From Phoronis australis (lineage: Eukaryota; Animalia; Phoronida): a DNA stretch of 64,000 nt. Position 1 is the first letter of the stretch, and each line of letters opens with the position of its first letter. The stretch spans positions 314,085 to 378,084 of the forward strand of contig NMRA01000201.1 of NCBI GenBank assembly GCA_002633005.1, in the 5' to 3' direction. Both the position numbers and the translations under genes were made by a program. Shown in pieces: positions 1 through 13,861 of the stretch. The notes under the pieces are model-generated. The model searched no databases. It worked only from the letters and a program-made list of their open reading frames with translations, and was not told the origin of the DNA.

Positions 1-3000
1 GCTCTGAAAACGGACTCCATCAATTCATACCAACAGCAGAGTGTAAAAAGGAAACAGGACTAAAATAGGTGACATTTGTAGGCATGAAAATAATATTCAA
101 TAACTAAAAAACTGTACATTGGTCTTTGAGAAGTCAGTTTCCACTATCTTTGTTTTTGTCATGTAAATAAGTAGCAGATTTTCAAAAAGTAGAAAAAATT
201 TTATGACTTGATCAAGAGCTGAAATAATTACGGCTTTGTCTAAACATTTTCACTTGACAACAAGGCATCTCCCATGCTACAAACCCAACTAAAGCACAGA
301 ACACGATATTAATGTCTCAGTTGTCAACTATGAGACCACCAACAATCCATGTAGTCATCAGCTGCCATCCACATTTGGCTAAATTGAGACACATTAATTA
401 TGGACATGGCAGTGACAGAAAAATGAGAGCTGAATGGAAAATCAATGCGTTGGCTGTTGGCCCATTTAGCTTCCATTTCTCAAGCTGCACCAACGGTCTT
501 ATGGCACTCGAGCGTATGATAGCTGAAGCAAACTACAACAAAGTGATACATGCACATATCAGGGCTGGGTTGCAAAAAACTTCAAAGTTATCCGCTGAAT
601 CTGGTACATTGTTTAACAATAACAACACGGCACGTGATAATACGACATCGTTGTTGCTGTACGGTGTATAACTTTTATGCAACCGGGCCTTGAATAAGTC
701 ACCTGCAGCACTAATTAGGTTCACACTGGAATACATTTGGGTCAGCGGACGTTGATCTTTCCGTTAAAGCATTTAATGAACTTCCTTCAGTAATTAGTTT
801 CAGTGTGTCATTAGGAATGCAAAGGAGCCATATTACACAACGAAAAGAAGAAAGTTCTACTCCAAAACAACTTTTTAAAAGAGAGCGCCGTATGGACTTT
901 AACCTGTTTTAAAGGGCTTATGGTAAAAACAGAATTTGGTTATAGAGTTGCCAACAAAACGACCCGTTAAGTCTTGTCAACAAAATTCTACAGATTATAA
1001 AAAATAAACTGTTGAAAGTTAAAATGAAAGAGCATACTTCAAGGAATCCACATGCAAAAATTCACGTCATTTGCTCTTCCTGTTAAAAATGCGACAGCAG
1101 AACGATTGAAAATGGGTGAAAATGCACCAGAGCCGCCATCTTGAAAATGACTTCCGGTTAAACAAAATTTTATAAAAGCTGATCAATAGCAACAAAAACG
1201 TAAACAGTTTGAAAGTAATTGGTCAATATTTCCGCTATCTTTGACCGGAAGTCAACGTTTTTTTTGTACTATATGTGTTCTATAATAATCGTACCAAGTT
1301 TCAGCATTGTGCGTCAAAAATTGCGGCCTCTAGTTTTCCAAATAGCACATCCCTAAGATTTTCAAGTTCCCGTGGAGTTGGGGTTAATGGCAGGTTAAGT
1401 CCAAACCTGTGCTAGATCATGCCATCTATGATCGTAAGCCTACCCGGTAACACAGGAAGATCTCTAGACGAACACGTTGTTGTCATCTGACGTTTGTTTT
1501 GAAGATCGTCTGCGTGTGTGAGTAAGCGAGCGCATGCGAGACACCCGAGTTCAATTGTAATTAAATGCAATCTAACGAGCTAGATGTGTATTGTATCTCA
1601 AGAAATTAGCACAAGCAGTAAAGCAGAACATGTTTTATTCAACACTGGCCGGTCTCATCTGCTAAAAAAAACGTTCGACAATTGTTTCGTTAAGGCCCAT
1701 ATTATTAGTCGCCGTGTGGCTGGATGCATACGTGACTGACTGTTATTTTTCAGGTGTAAGGGTGAGTTAGCATTCACTGTCAGTTGCCACTTTATCGGAT
1801 ATTTGGCTTTAAAAACACCAATTATGATTAATTAGACAATCCCTCTTAAAAATAATGCAAAAGTTTTTATGGTATTAGAAACTGTCGGAAATTAGTGCCA
1901 GTATTTATTTCTTGCCAATGCTATGCTACCCGTTGTGAATAGATAGGTCCAAAAAATTAATGTCTGCGATGTAGCACGCGCTTCCTGGCCACGTGCCTTT
2001 TATACCAATGTTATTAGTCTTCAGTTCGCTGTTTTTACATGTACAAAAAATTTGGAATCCTGTTGAGGGAGAAGATGTGGAATCTGTACGGGATAGATTC
2101 AATCCCGTTGACATGTACGCTGCGTCTGTTGTGAAAAGCCAGACCATAGTTTTAGAAGTTGGGTGTGCACGCAATGAACGGTCGATTGGGCAAATGCCCA
2201 TGGAGCTACTGACATCTGACTTAGCGTGCAAGAGTCAAATATAACATCTGTGAATCCTTGATGTCTAGTTTGCAGTTATTGCCCACAGTTCAGTAGCGTG
2301 ACCCAGTTTAAAGTAACGTACTATTTGATGCAAACATTACGAAGTATAGACACATGCTAATAATGCCACAGTTTTTCGTTCAGAAGTGCAAATGATAGAA
2401 ATGTGTGAGCCAGTTAGAATCATATCATATCTACTTGAGCTCAAGTGAGAACAGGTATTTCAGTGGTCCAATAAGGTAGTTTCAATGAAACTGACTGATC
2501 GTTATCCAAAGGTAAGTGTGTTGCGTACAGGTTGGGTGACAAAATTCTGGCGAGACTAGTCTTCACAAAGCTGGGGCTTTTGCACCTTAACTACATCAAT
2601 TTTTAAAAAATCTAAGAACCTTTATCAAAATAAACACAAATGACAATGAATGACATGTTGTCCTTGACCTCTAGCATGAAACAGCCAAGTTCCAACAAGC
2701 CTTCATGGCTTCAATATTGTTTTCTCTTGTTACGGTAAAACACCTAAGTTTGGTTTTGGTCTCCACCCAACACATTTTGTGACCTTGGATTAGCAAGGAA
2801 TGCTGGCCCATTTAGTTTCAGCCAAGGTCTTGGGTTTTTTTGAAAATTTCCATAAAGGCACATAAGCAAGGGTAAGCAAGGTTTTAACACTATGATTAGC
2901 GACATGACTAGTAAAAAACAAATACCGTATCATTTTGCTCATCTCAAGTGGATTATCTTTTTAGAAAAAGGCGGATTTTCTTTTTTAGAAAAAGATAACT

Positions 3001-4090
3001 CAACTAAAAACACTGAATCACAAAATCGATTTTCAAAACCAAAAAAAAACAGACCAGAACCAGCTAGGCTTTTTGGCCACACATCAAACACAACCTCCAC
3101 AATGGAAGATGACATTGGGTCACTCATCACAACACTCATCACTCTCTCACCAGTAGCTATTGTTGCCCCATCTATTTCCTTGTCACAATTCAGCTGAGAC
3201 CACCTCCAATCATACCCCTCAATGGCACAGAGACCAGCCTGAGCAAACACAAAAGCCTTATCAGCACTCCACACAAGACTACTAGAGGAATCTGTGCCAC
3301 AGGCTCAATGCACTTTGGTTGCCAACAACAGCATCAGATGAACCACAATAGCTTCCTTGTTATCTTAGCAGAATATTACATTTACCTGTAGTGACAGCCT
3401 AAGAGTTTCATAATAGACAATACTTTGAATAATAGCTTAGTGTCTTGTCACATGACAGTAGACCAAGAAGGTCACTACCAATACAGAATACCTGGTGACT
3501 TGAATCCACCCCATGGTCAATTCTGTGTTCCCCTGTATATTTTTAACTGAAAGACTGAGAATCCCTTTAAATTACCTGGACAAACACCAACAGTTTCACA
3601 CACTCTCTCTCTGACCAGAAAGGCCATCAATACAGCATATCCAGCAAGTGACAAGCCCACTGTCTATCAGAACGTGTGGTACAAAGTTGACAGAGGGCAC
3701 CGTTGATCAGAGACCGGTCATTGTTATCTCATCGAGACCAGCTTCACTGATCATCTGTGCAGGACCGAGACAAACAATCTTCATAGGGAAGTAGTCATCT
3801 AGCTTTGCCAGGTATGAAACCTGTGGACTTTCTTATCAGATACTATCAGCAGTGGTTGCTGCCAAGCCTTGAAGGTTCACACACACAAACACACACAAGC
3901 TGCTCCATATGACTTCCACCTGCATTCTGATTGGCTAGACATCACCACAACAGTGCTCTGTTATACAGGAGTTCACAGGTAGATCAAGGAGAAAGCACAT
4001 ACTGCCTGTAATAGCTGGCACTGGTGGATACCAATGACTATATGCCTTTATACAAACCTATGACCCAAAACTAAAAGGCAGTTTTTCTGG

Positions 4091-4386
4091 CCCGGGGGGT
4101 ACTCCCACAAAAGAGATATGTATTTTGTGCCCCTCAAAACGATGACTTTTTACAACCAGTTCTCCTGTTCTGACAAAATTCAGCTGGTCAAAAGAATGAC
4201 TCCAAAAGGTTCTAGGCTTATAGAATTGACCCATAGAAAAGTACGTTGTTCTAAAACAATACCTTATGAATGGGTGACCCCTCCATCGGAGCTCTTTAAA
4301 AATGAGTTCCTTTTTTCTCTATCTAAACAGAAGAGTATCCTAATTTTCCCGCTGTACCTCCATCAAGTATACCCCCCCTTCCAGGG
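4091..4386. repeat. Decayed CCCGGGGGGTACTCCC-ended MITE; related ends near 8140-8573 and about 15870
   Basis: Terminal GGGGTACTCCC / GGGAGTAYCCC motifs recur. Confidence 0.4.
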
Positions 4387-7300
4387 AAAAGCCAGCCACA
4401 CAGAACTGCTAACAACTCATACACGGCGGACAGCCACTTGTTGTTTACCAAAAAGGAAAGTTATGAAAATGAATAAAAAGAGAGCACAGATGACGGAGTA
4501 ACACATTCCATATTTTTGAGCAGGTAACCTTCAAATTAAAATTACTCAATACTTTTCCCTCAGAAACTGGTGACATGATTTCTGTATAAAAAGAGCATGA
4601 ACCACCAGGGGACACGTAATAAATCATTTTTAGCTCCAACGTTTGAAAAATGCTCAAAAATCGAAAAATCCACGAATTTCCCTTTTGATAAGTGGACACA
4701 ATGTCATCCTGAGGGAATAACAATTGTGCAATCTGGATGGTAAAACCCCAAAAAGTACATAAAAAATCAACAGCAGCCAGACAATGCTGGAGCGTCTAAC
4801 AACAGGCGAGCCAGCACCCAATGATACCAGAGGTCAACCCTACTGTGTGTGTGCCCACCAGTCTGTCTTCACAACCAAGACAGTGGTAACCTGGAGATAA
4901 ATCAACCTGAAACCAGACACCTTGATTTAAGTGCTTGCTTGCCCAGGTAAATGACAATCCACAGTAGTGGTCTCTGAACTGTGGGCGCCAGGACAATGAT
5001 TCTAGTCATGTTCTCCAAGTGGTATATTGACTACTGTGGTGAAACTCCAGGTAGCCTGAGGCCTAATGACCATAAAGGTGACTGGAGACAGGAGACTGAC
5101 AATAAATAAATTACCAGCAGCAGTGAGGTGTGTTATCTCCCTAAATTATCTTCTGCAAGGCCAAACACACAGACATACCTACTTAACTAACCTTGTTGGC
5201 AAATGACTCCATAATGAAAGATAAGGATTTTCAAGATCTAGTAGTAGTTTCCAGAGAAAAATGCAATCAAAATAAGCAGGGAGTAAGAAAAGGCAAAAGC
5301 TTAATTTATGCCAAGAACAAATATCGCAGCATAAGGTGTTTCACAGGGCAAGCAAACACCTAATGCTCTGTTCCTCAGAAATCAACAATCTGACAAGAGT
5401 ACTAGCCAAATCCTTATTTGGGAATTTTACTCGTTTTAAACTGCTGGTCTGGATCAATGCAGTTAAGTGCATAGGAGTTGTGCGGCTAAAGTGAAAATAT
5501 CTTGAAAACAGTAACACTCAGAGTTTTAAAAACTTTCGCCGCGAGAAGTGGTAACTTACACACTGGGTTGAGGGATGAACCCAAGTCGCTCAGTATTAAC
5601 AAGAGTTTTACATCTCTACATCTGGACAATTCGCCAAGTCTGAACTACAATACACGGCGATGATCTTTATTACACAAAAACTCCTTAAATTAATGAATGG
5701 AACAAGGCGAGATGAAATGATGCATATCGTAATACATACTTTTTGTGGCTTGCTTATTTAAGCGCATTTTTACTGTATTTAGTGCAGGTTATGTTTTATG
5801 AAAAAATAAAAAATGAAAGCGCTCTGACGAGTGACACGTGGTGAAATCAATTAAAAATTTGAAGTTTCGATCAAAGGATTGCGGAGCTAGAATATAATTT
5901 TAAAAAATGGCCGTCACAGCGCCATCTTGCGTCTGATTTCGCCCAACAACGAAAGTCCTCAGGCTATTGACTAAGTAAATACTGTTCGTAAATTTCAAAT
6001 AGATCAGACGAAAAATACAATCTCTAGAACAAATATGATAGGCTAACAAAGTACAGCTATGAATAACGCCAACAAAAGAGCAGTCATCTGAGCAGTAAAT
6101 CTAGAATATTGCGAGAATGGAAAGTCAGAGCAAGAAACGGGTTTCAAAATGCTGATAGCGCTTGAAAAGATCTATCCACATACCAAATTTCAGACAGATC
6201 CGTCAAGCGATAATGAAGATAGGGAACAAAAACTCAGTTATTTGGAGATCACTCGTCGGAAAATCTCAAATAACTCAAGAATGACAATAGCTAGAAAAAA
6301 TAAATGAGACACTTGTGATAGCTCTAAGAATAATCTACAGACAAAAAAAATCATAAAAATCCCAACAGAAACAGCAGATCCATGGCTCCGCAAACGAAAA
6401 AAGGGAGAAATGGCCACACCATCATCTTGTATCCGATTTCAACCAAAAGCAATAGTCTTTGAGCCATTCACAGGACACATGTGTGAATTTCACATTGAGC
6501 CGATAAGAATTGCGAAACAAAGAAACAAAAAATTTTATGACAAAGCAGCATACTTTGACGAATTTCATTTCATCAAGTAAAAATTCATTTGTCCACCATA
6601 TCATGTCTTTAATGTTGGTGAAATTTTACCTCACGTACGTAAACCATAGAAAAAAATACGCACAGAAATACCCCACGGAGCCCACTGTAACAAGCCATCC
6701 ATTCAGGACAACACAACTAATAGTGAAATATGTACACAGGGAGCCCAGCACAGAGCCAGTCAGCAAGAGCAGCTCAAGAACACTTCCTAATCTGTTGAAG
6801 CCTGCACAGGTGAGCTTTATATCAATACAATGAGCGGAGGGTGATTTACAACCATGCCACATGCAGCTAACTGCCAATGCACACAACAAGCATCCAATAC
6901 AGCTGTTGATGTGAGTGCTAACTGAGAGTGCTATCAACAGGTAGACTAAGAACACAGTATGCAGCTCAGAGAATGATACTGGCTCTGGTTGACTCGGCGG
7001 AGTTACATGAAAGGTAATGGTTGGACAGACAGAAAATCAGAGGGAACACAGATAATCTGGAAATAAAGAGCATTTTCCATCACCAGTAATATGAAGTGGC
7101 CATTACTGTGACAGTTAAACTGAATGGGGTGGAGGTTGCCTGCTTTTGGAATAACAAGAAAATGTAGTTCATGTGAATAAAAAACATTCTCCTAAGTATT
7201 AACAGCACGTTTTGCCTTATTCTGTATAAAAGAACTTTCTTAGCGAGATATAACAACAACTTGCAACTCCCTCATATCTAAAAGAAGGGAAATGAGTTTC

Positions 7301-10205
7301 TCATGTTTCTTCGAGATGATGACAGGACTTTTTGAAGCATTTGTCCATCAGAAGCTCCACAAACTCACAAAAGGAAATCACAGGATGTCTAACAGTAAAA
7401 ACCACAAGGCAACCTCAACAGTAGCTAACTAATATCCAAAGCCTTTCAAAAAACTATTACGCACGAAAGTATGTTGTGTAAATACCATTTTTTTAGTTCC
7501 GAATAATAATACCGCACAGGAACTTAAGTAATCAGAAGAAAAAATAAAAGTCCCAGGACGCCTTCCAATCAGGCCTCAAAACATTGCTCAGTCCCTCTTG
7601 CCTTATGCTCGGTGTAGATCGTAGACAAGAGATTCCCAACTACCGATATTTTCTTATGGAGATCTCAGATTCAGCTTGCAGTTAGGGAGTACATGACCTA
7701 TTGCAGGAAGTGTAGTGTGCATAACACAAGGTACTTACTGCTGGTGAATGGTGATGTCCTGGTGGTGGTGGCAGTATATGTCACAGATTTTGTACATAGG
7801 GAATACTACATATTTGGCGACATAATATTCTATCCTGCCAGCCCAGATCACCCCACATCAAAAGAACATCAGGTCATTGTTATTCTAAAACACTTTTACA
7901 GAAATGAAACCAAACTCAGAAATCCTTTGCTCAAGAAACTTTCTTGAAAACTTAGTGATTTGTCATAATTTAATCGAACAGTTTTTGCGTGTCACTGAGC
8001 GATTCTGCCCTAGAACATAAAGCTGAACCCAGCACTGAGCCAAAAGCACAGCCACAACAGCTCCAACAACCACTAAGCCATCAGCTGCAAGCTTGGTGGG
8101 AGCAAGGCTAAATATTTGATGGAGGTATGCAGCTGGATAACTGGGATACTTACCCATTCAGAAAGTGGACATTTGTGCACTGATGTTCCATTGAAAAGTC
8201 ACCCTTCAACAGGGGTTTGTTTTGGAAACACCGCCATTTCTTAGGGGTACATTCTATAAAAGTAACCATCCATAGGGACTCTTGAACAGCTCACTTTTTA
8301 ACTAATTAATTCCAAGACTACATGCCTTGCAGTCAAAAATTAGTATTTTTTGCAACACAAATTTGAAAAAAAAAACATGTCGATTTGTGCAGATGGATAG
8401 CAAAGATATTCTCAGAGTTTCAAACTCCCTTTTGTAGAGAATTATATTGGATAAGGCATTTTTGTATGGATAATTTGTCAAAAAGGACAGCTTTCACAGG
8501 GAAACTGGTCTTGAAAAAGTCAGCCAAGTCAGTGGCAGATCCTGTTTTCCTCTTCTAGGGAGTATCCCCCAGGACTACATGCATGGATGGCACAAACCAA
8601 TACTGTACAACTCAGTGAACAAGCACCTGCCTCATGACACAGTATGCACTAAGACCAGAACCATTGGCAACAACCATGGGGGCACCATCAATAGACTAAA
8701 TGCCCTCAATGGCCAACATGATGACAATAGATCAATATTATCCCTAGTGGCAGTTACTGATCAAACATTGATGCCATATGAGTAAGTGAGCCCAGAGTCT
8801 GGGTGATCTTCAGCAGTTGTAGATGGTAACTTGGTGGTCCTCAGGACAACTTCTGATTACTAAAAACGATAACAACCAAGGGTTCAGTTCAACTAACTAG
8901 GCCATATTGTCAATCAAAAACTTCAGGATCTAAAAACTAATCCAGCAGATGGAGCCAGGTGGCTCTGCAACGAAAGGAGAAAATTAAAATGAGTTTCCAG
9001 AACTGTTCAACTAGTAATTTGTTCATCACCTACTTCACCTGTATGAATGTTAATGTTCAACATCTGCTGAATGTAACTATACTTTCTGAAAGCTCAAACT
9101 TCAGCTGCGTTATTGAACGACACAATAATCTTTATCCACAGGACACAATCACTCAGAAGGGCCCCAGCAAATTAATGTTCATAATGAAGGACTCCAGTAT
9201 AATAATCATTTAGTAATATTACATATTTGTAAAGTTATACACTTTACGTAAAATGGCCTCAACCGAAGCGGTGCAAATGTCAGGTGATCTCCATCTTATA
9301 ATTATGTATTAAGTTAAATGGAATAGTTGGGCACCTGTAGTGTTTTCAACCACTTTTGGTTAAATAACCACATTTCATAAATGGAAAGTATATGAGTAGA
9401 TATCTCTTTCTTTCTACTTTTCTTTGACTGTCCATCAATCCAACTGGTGAATGGAAGGATTTATATCAAACTCATTTGATAAAAACATGTTGTATTTAGT
9501 TTACTTTTTAATTTAATTTTTGAATTTCTGTTTGCACTCCAACAAAATGGCTGCCAGTGTTTAATGGCGCTGAACTTCACTTTATATGTAGTGATACTAT
9601 TTATAGACGAGACACATTCTATGTTCTTAAGTGGTGAAAATGAGTTTCTTCACGAAATGTTTTCATGATTCAACTAAAAAACAAAAAACAGAAAAGCTAT
9701 AGAAAAATGGCTTCATAACACCAGTTCAATCTTATAACTACATGCATTCAGGTATTGAGTTCACATTACAGTCATATAACAATATAGTAAAGACAGTGGT
9801 CTCTTCAACAGCACCACCTAATGCGAGACATTGAGTCTCGTATTCTTTAGTACACCATAAGCATGCTGACACTGCATCATGTCAGTGAGGTTTTAAATGT
9901 TGTCGATAGCAATGCATTACAGAATGGCTACATTATTTTTGACACGGATGCATGGCTGGAACATTGGGATACCTACCTAAAATCTCACCAATTTTTCTAG
10001 GGCTTCTAACATTGCTGCGACTCCCCACAACGTTTCAAAATTTTATCTGATGGTACCTATGGTACAAATCTTGAGCACAGAAAACCCTTCAGTTTGGTTG
10101 TTGGGTGAAAAAATGATAAAATAGAATTTCACTTGTAGGCCAAATTGCGTCCTTAACGAGTAAAATTTACATGCACATGCTTTTAACCCACTTTTACAAG
10201 AGACA

Positions 10206-10273
10206 GTTGTCATTGTGTTAGTTGTCATTGTGTTAGTTGTAATGGTGTTAGTTGTCATTGTGTTAGTTGTCAT
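10206..10273. repeat. 15-bp tandem repeat (GTTGTCATTGTGTTA) x about 4.5
   Basis: Visible directly. Confidence 0.9.
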
Positions 10274-11114
10274 GACGCAACTTGCTCTACTTTAGTCGCA
10301 TTTACACGACATTAGATCGCGAACTGGATCAGCATGAGTCACTTACAGGAAGACTGTCTGTGTATGCTCGCATAAACAATAGCGAATGTCCAAACCACAT
10401 GGAATGCCAGCCGATCACCCAAATACACGCTATTGCACAAGCAAGCGCATTGAAAGATGATCCCTTTCCACCCTGCCCCAGTTGTGTTTAGATGTGTAGT
10501 TTAAACTGACCCAACTGTTCAAGTGCAACTCGCTCTACCTATCAAACAGGTGTCAAAAATGGGCTGTTCCGTGTTATCTGCTCCGTAACAGCTGTTTCTC
10601 CTGTAAATGCAACTTTAGCCACAAAACGTTTCCAATAAAATAGAGAGCCTTTATGGAAGTCACCGTCTCATAGAGTTTGTTACTGTAACATAAGCCTTTA
10701 ATTGCAAGTTATTTCAAAAATATTACCATAACCCTAGGTACAGTGGACTCCTTCCCTTGAGGGAATTTATAGTGAATGAACCCACCACTCCTGTTCTGAC
10801 CAATACATCCTGTAAACCTTTGTGTGAGTACCCCAATGGTAAGTAACATCTGCACTTATTGAGCCATGCTGTCAATAAGAGGCTATTGTGCAGAACATTG
10901 CCATCAACCAGAGGTACAGCATCCCCTCTTGGGTGCTCCAATATTGTATTTTTACGTGGGTTGGCGATTGGGAAATCAGGGAGCCTGCAAGGTGAATCTC
11001 CACCCTTTTAAAGTATAAGAAAGATCAGAGGGGAACCGTTTAATGGGACCATCTATGAAATATCACGCTTTCGTAAACAGGCTTTCCTAACATGATCCTT
11101 TTGAACGGTTTTAA

Positions 11115-11449
11115 AGACGAAGGCAACCCTTTTCCATGTCTTTTTTAGCAAAAATAAGGTTCATTGGTTATCCCAGATATATTTTCCACTTAATTACAGC
11201 TTTTCATAATTTAATTAATTATTTGTTCTCTACTCCGGAAGTGACGTTTTTGGAGGCAAGCATTTCGCACCAATTTCTTTTCATATAGTCTGACTGTGAG
11301 AGCTGCCAAGTCAGTCATTGTTCTATCTCGGTTGTGATAAGTTCGGTCGTCGTTTGCTATTGTTTACGAGTCAGTCAACATGCCACACTGTTGCTGCGTA
11401 CCGGGATGTACTCATTATTGTCTCACGGACAGAGGTTCAACTGACACAC
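11115..11449 (+). mobile_element. Partial copy of the same Kolobok derivative, interrupted by an LTR element
   Basis: Near-identical to 12983-13317 and preceded by TTAA. Confidence 0.85.
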
Positions 11450-12032
11450 TGTTGTGTATTGGCAATGCTACTTGTGGTTTTCCTTAGAATATAGCCATGT
11501 GGTATTTATGCCCACAAGCCACGTGCTCACCCCCTTCTTGTATTAGTTCTCCAAGTGAATAGACGTATTATAATTTACTCTCATCTGTGTTGTTTTACTG
11601 GTTCTACGAACACAAAGGATAAAAATGGAAGATCTTGCAATTAAACCATTTATTATTCATCCCACGGAGTCGGCTGGTTCCCGTTGGGAATTGTGGATTA
11701 AGCGACTTGACAATTATTTGGTGGCAAAGAACATTACTCAGGATCCGCGCAAGAAAGCCACGCTTCTGCACTATGCGGAGGAGGAAGTCTTTGTCATAAA
11801 CGATTCTCTTCCTACGGAAGAAAATGAGACATACGACCAATTGAAAACGAAACTTTCAGACCATTTTTCGCCGAAGCGAAATACAGAATATGAAGTTTAC
11901 CAATTCCGACAAGCCACCCAGACCACGTCTGAGACTTTAGATATGTTTTGCGCTCGGTTACGGACGCTTGCGAAACATTGCGATTTCGCCGACGTTGATC
12001 GGGAGATCAAATCACAGATTATTCAAAAGACT
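11450..12032 (+). mobile_element. Gypsy (Mag-like) LTR retrotransposon 5' part: short LTR plus gag, truncated at the N at 12033
   Basis: Starts TGTTGTG exactly where similarity to the uninterrupted copy ends. Candidate LTR runs to about 11613 (...AACACA), then a gag ORF. Confidence 0.75.
11625..12032 (+). CDS. Retrotransposon gag-like protein, truncated
   Basis: W..W..R..NYL...KKATLLHY...L..HFSPKRNTEYEVYQFRQATQ...ETLDMFCARLRTLAKHCDF, typical of Gypsy gag including the major homology region. Confidence 0.8.
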
Positions 12033-12982
12033 NTTATAGTAACTGGTCTTAGCTAATTATCATTTTATGGCCTGGTCATCCATCATTTCAGCCAGAAGTA
12101 GTTCCAGAGGTGGCTTATCAGCTAATTATTCACGCATGCTGACTCACAATAGAAGCCTGATAAGAGTGAAGGTGGATAAATGCGGTGTTCCTACAGTTTC
12201 TTGTTTTAGTGGATGTGTTCAGGACATGGATCACCCAAATACACGCTATTGCACAAGCAAGCGCATTGAAAGATGATCCCTTTCCACCCTGCCCCAGTTG
12301 TGTTTAGATGTGTAGTTTAAACTGACCCAACTGTTCAAGTGCAACTCGCTCTACCTATCAAACCAGTGTCAAAAATGGTCGCCGCCGCGGTGTCAACTTA
12401 CTATGTGTCAGTCATGTTTGCACCCGATCAGCTGTTCCGTGTTATTTGCTCCGTAACAGCTGTTTCTCCTGTAAATGCAACTTTAGCCACAAAACGTTTC
12501 CAATAAAATAGAGAGCCTTTATGGAAGTCACCCTCTCATAGAGTTTGTTACTGTAACATAAGCCTTTAATTGTAAGTTATTTCAAAAATGTTACCATAAC
12601 CCTAGGTACAGTGGACTCCTTCCCTTGAGGGAATTTATAGTGAATGAACCCACCACTCCTGTTCTGACCAATACATCCTGTAAACCTTTGTGTGAGTACC
12701 CCAATGGTAAGTAACATCTGCGCTTATTGAGCCATGCTGTCAATAAGAGGCTATTGTGCAGAACATTGCCATCAACCAGAGGTACAGCATCCCCTCTTGG
12801 GTGCTCCAATATTGTATTTTTACGTGGGTTGGCGATTGGGAAATCAAGGAGCCTGCAAGGTGAATCTCCACCCTTTTAAAGTATAAGAAAGATCAGAGGG
12901 GAACCGTTTAATTGGACCATCTATGAAATATCACGCTTTCGTAGACAGGCTTTCCTAACATGATCCTTTTGAACGGTTTTAA

Positions 12983-13861
12983 AGACGAAGGCAACCCTTT
13001 TTCAAGTCTTTTTTAGCAAAAATAAGGTTCATTGGTTATCCCAGATATATTTTCCACTTAATTACAGCTTTTCATAATTTAATTAATTATTTTTTCTCTA
13101 CTCCGGAAGTGACGTTTTTGGAGGCAAGCATTTCGCGCCAATTTCTTTTCATATAGTCTGACTGTGAGAGCTGCCAAGTCAGTCATTGTTCTATCTCGGT
13201 TGTGATAAGTTCGGTCGTCGTTTGCTGTTGTTTACGAGTCAGTCAACATGCCACACTGTTGCTGCGTACCGGGATGTACTCATTATTGTCTCACGGACAG
13301 AGGTTCAACTGACACACTCCCACTGGATAGTGACCTGAGGACACAAACTGCTTACAACCCGCCGTGTGACTCCCTCGCCAGTCACCTGGCACCTTCTAAA
13401 TAGCTCCAATACTTTAACAAGTCCACAATAAATTTATCAAAGTTTGGCTCACCGATCTGTTCATTGAACGATGAACTGTACTCTTCACTGACTGGACCTG
13501 TATTCACTCCCATTACTCAACATCGCAGCAGGGGTGCTTACAGGCTTTGGGCCATAATGAGTACATCCCAGTACGCAGCAACAGTGTGGCATGTTGACTC
13601 GTTAACAAAAGCAAACGACGACCGAACTTATCACAACTGAGGTAGATCAATGACTGGCTCGACAGCTCTCATAGTCAGACTATATGAAAAGAAATTGAGG
13701 TGAAATGCTTGCCTTCCAAAACGTCACTTCCAGAGTAGAGAACAAATATTCAATTAACTTACGAAAAGCTGTAATTAAGTTGAAAATATGTCTGGGATAA
13801 CCAACGAACCTTACTTTTGCTAAAAATCTAAAAATGACATGAAAAAAGGTTGCCTTCACTT
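12983..13861. mobile_element. Fold-back non-autonomous derivative of the Kolobok-type family
   Basis: TTAA at 12979-82 and 13862-65. Inverted arms 12983-13286 and 13554-13861, each ending in the THAP start MPHCCCV. The spacer matches 40988-41240. Confidence 0.85.

Larger units (their letters stand above)
10413..13318 (+). repeat. About 1.04-kb direct duplication (10413-11450 vs 12229-13318)
   Basis: Near-identical copies with scattered SNPs and an ~50-bp indel, separated by the single-N join. Confidence 0.92.

Noticed and set aside
8718-8800. Plus-strand C/D-box-like motifs with a loose rRNA-complement-like stretch
   Set aside because: Imperfect guide, no proper final D box, and opposite to the presumed host strand.
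10043-10273. ORF with an MTTNT repeat
   Set aside because: Translation of a 15-bp tandem repeat.
10723-12809. Twin 72-aa ORFs (10723-10941 and 12591-12809)
   Set aside because: Their identity is explained by the duplication; no recognisable domain and a non-ATG start.
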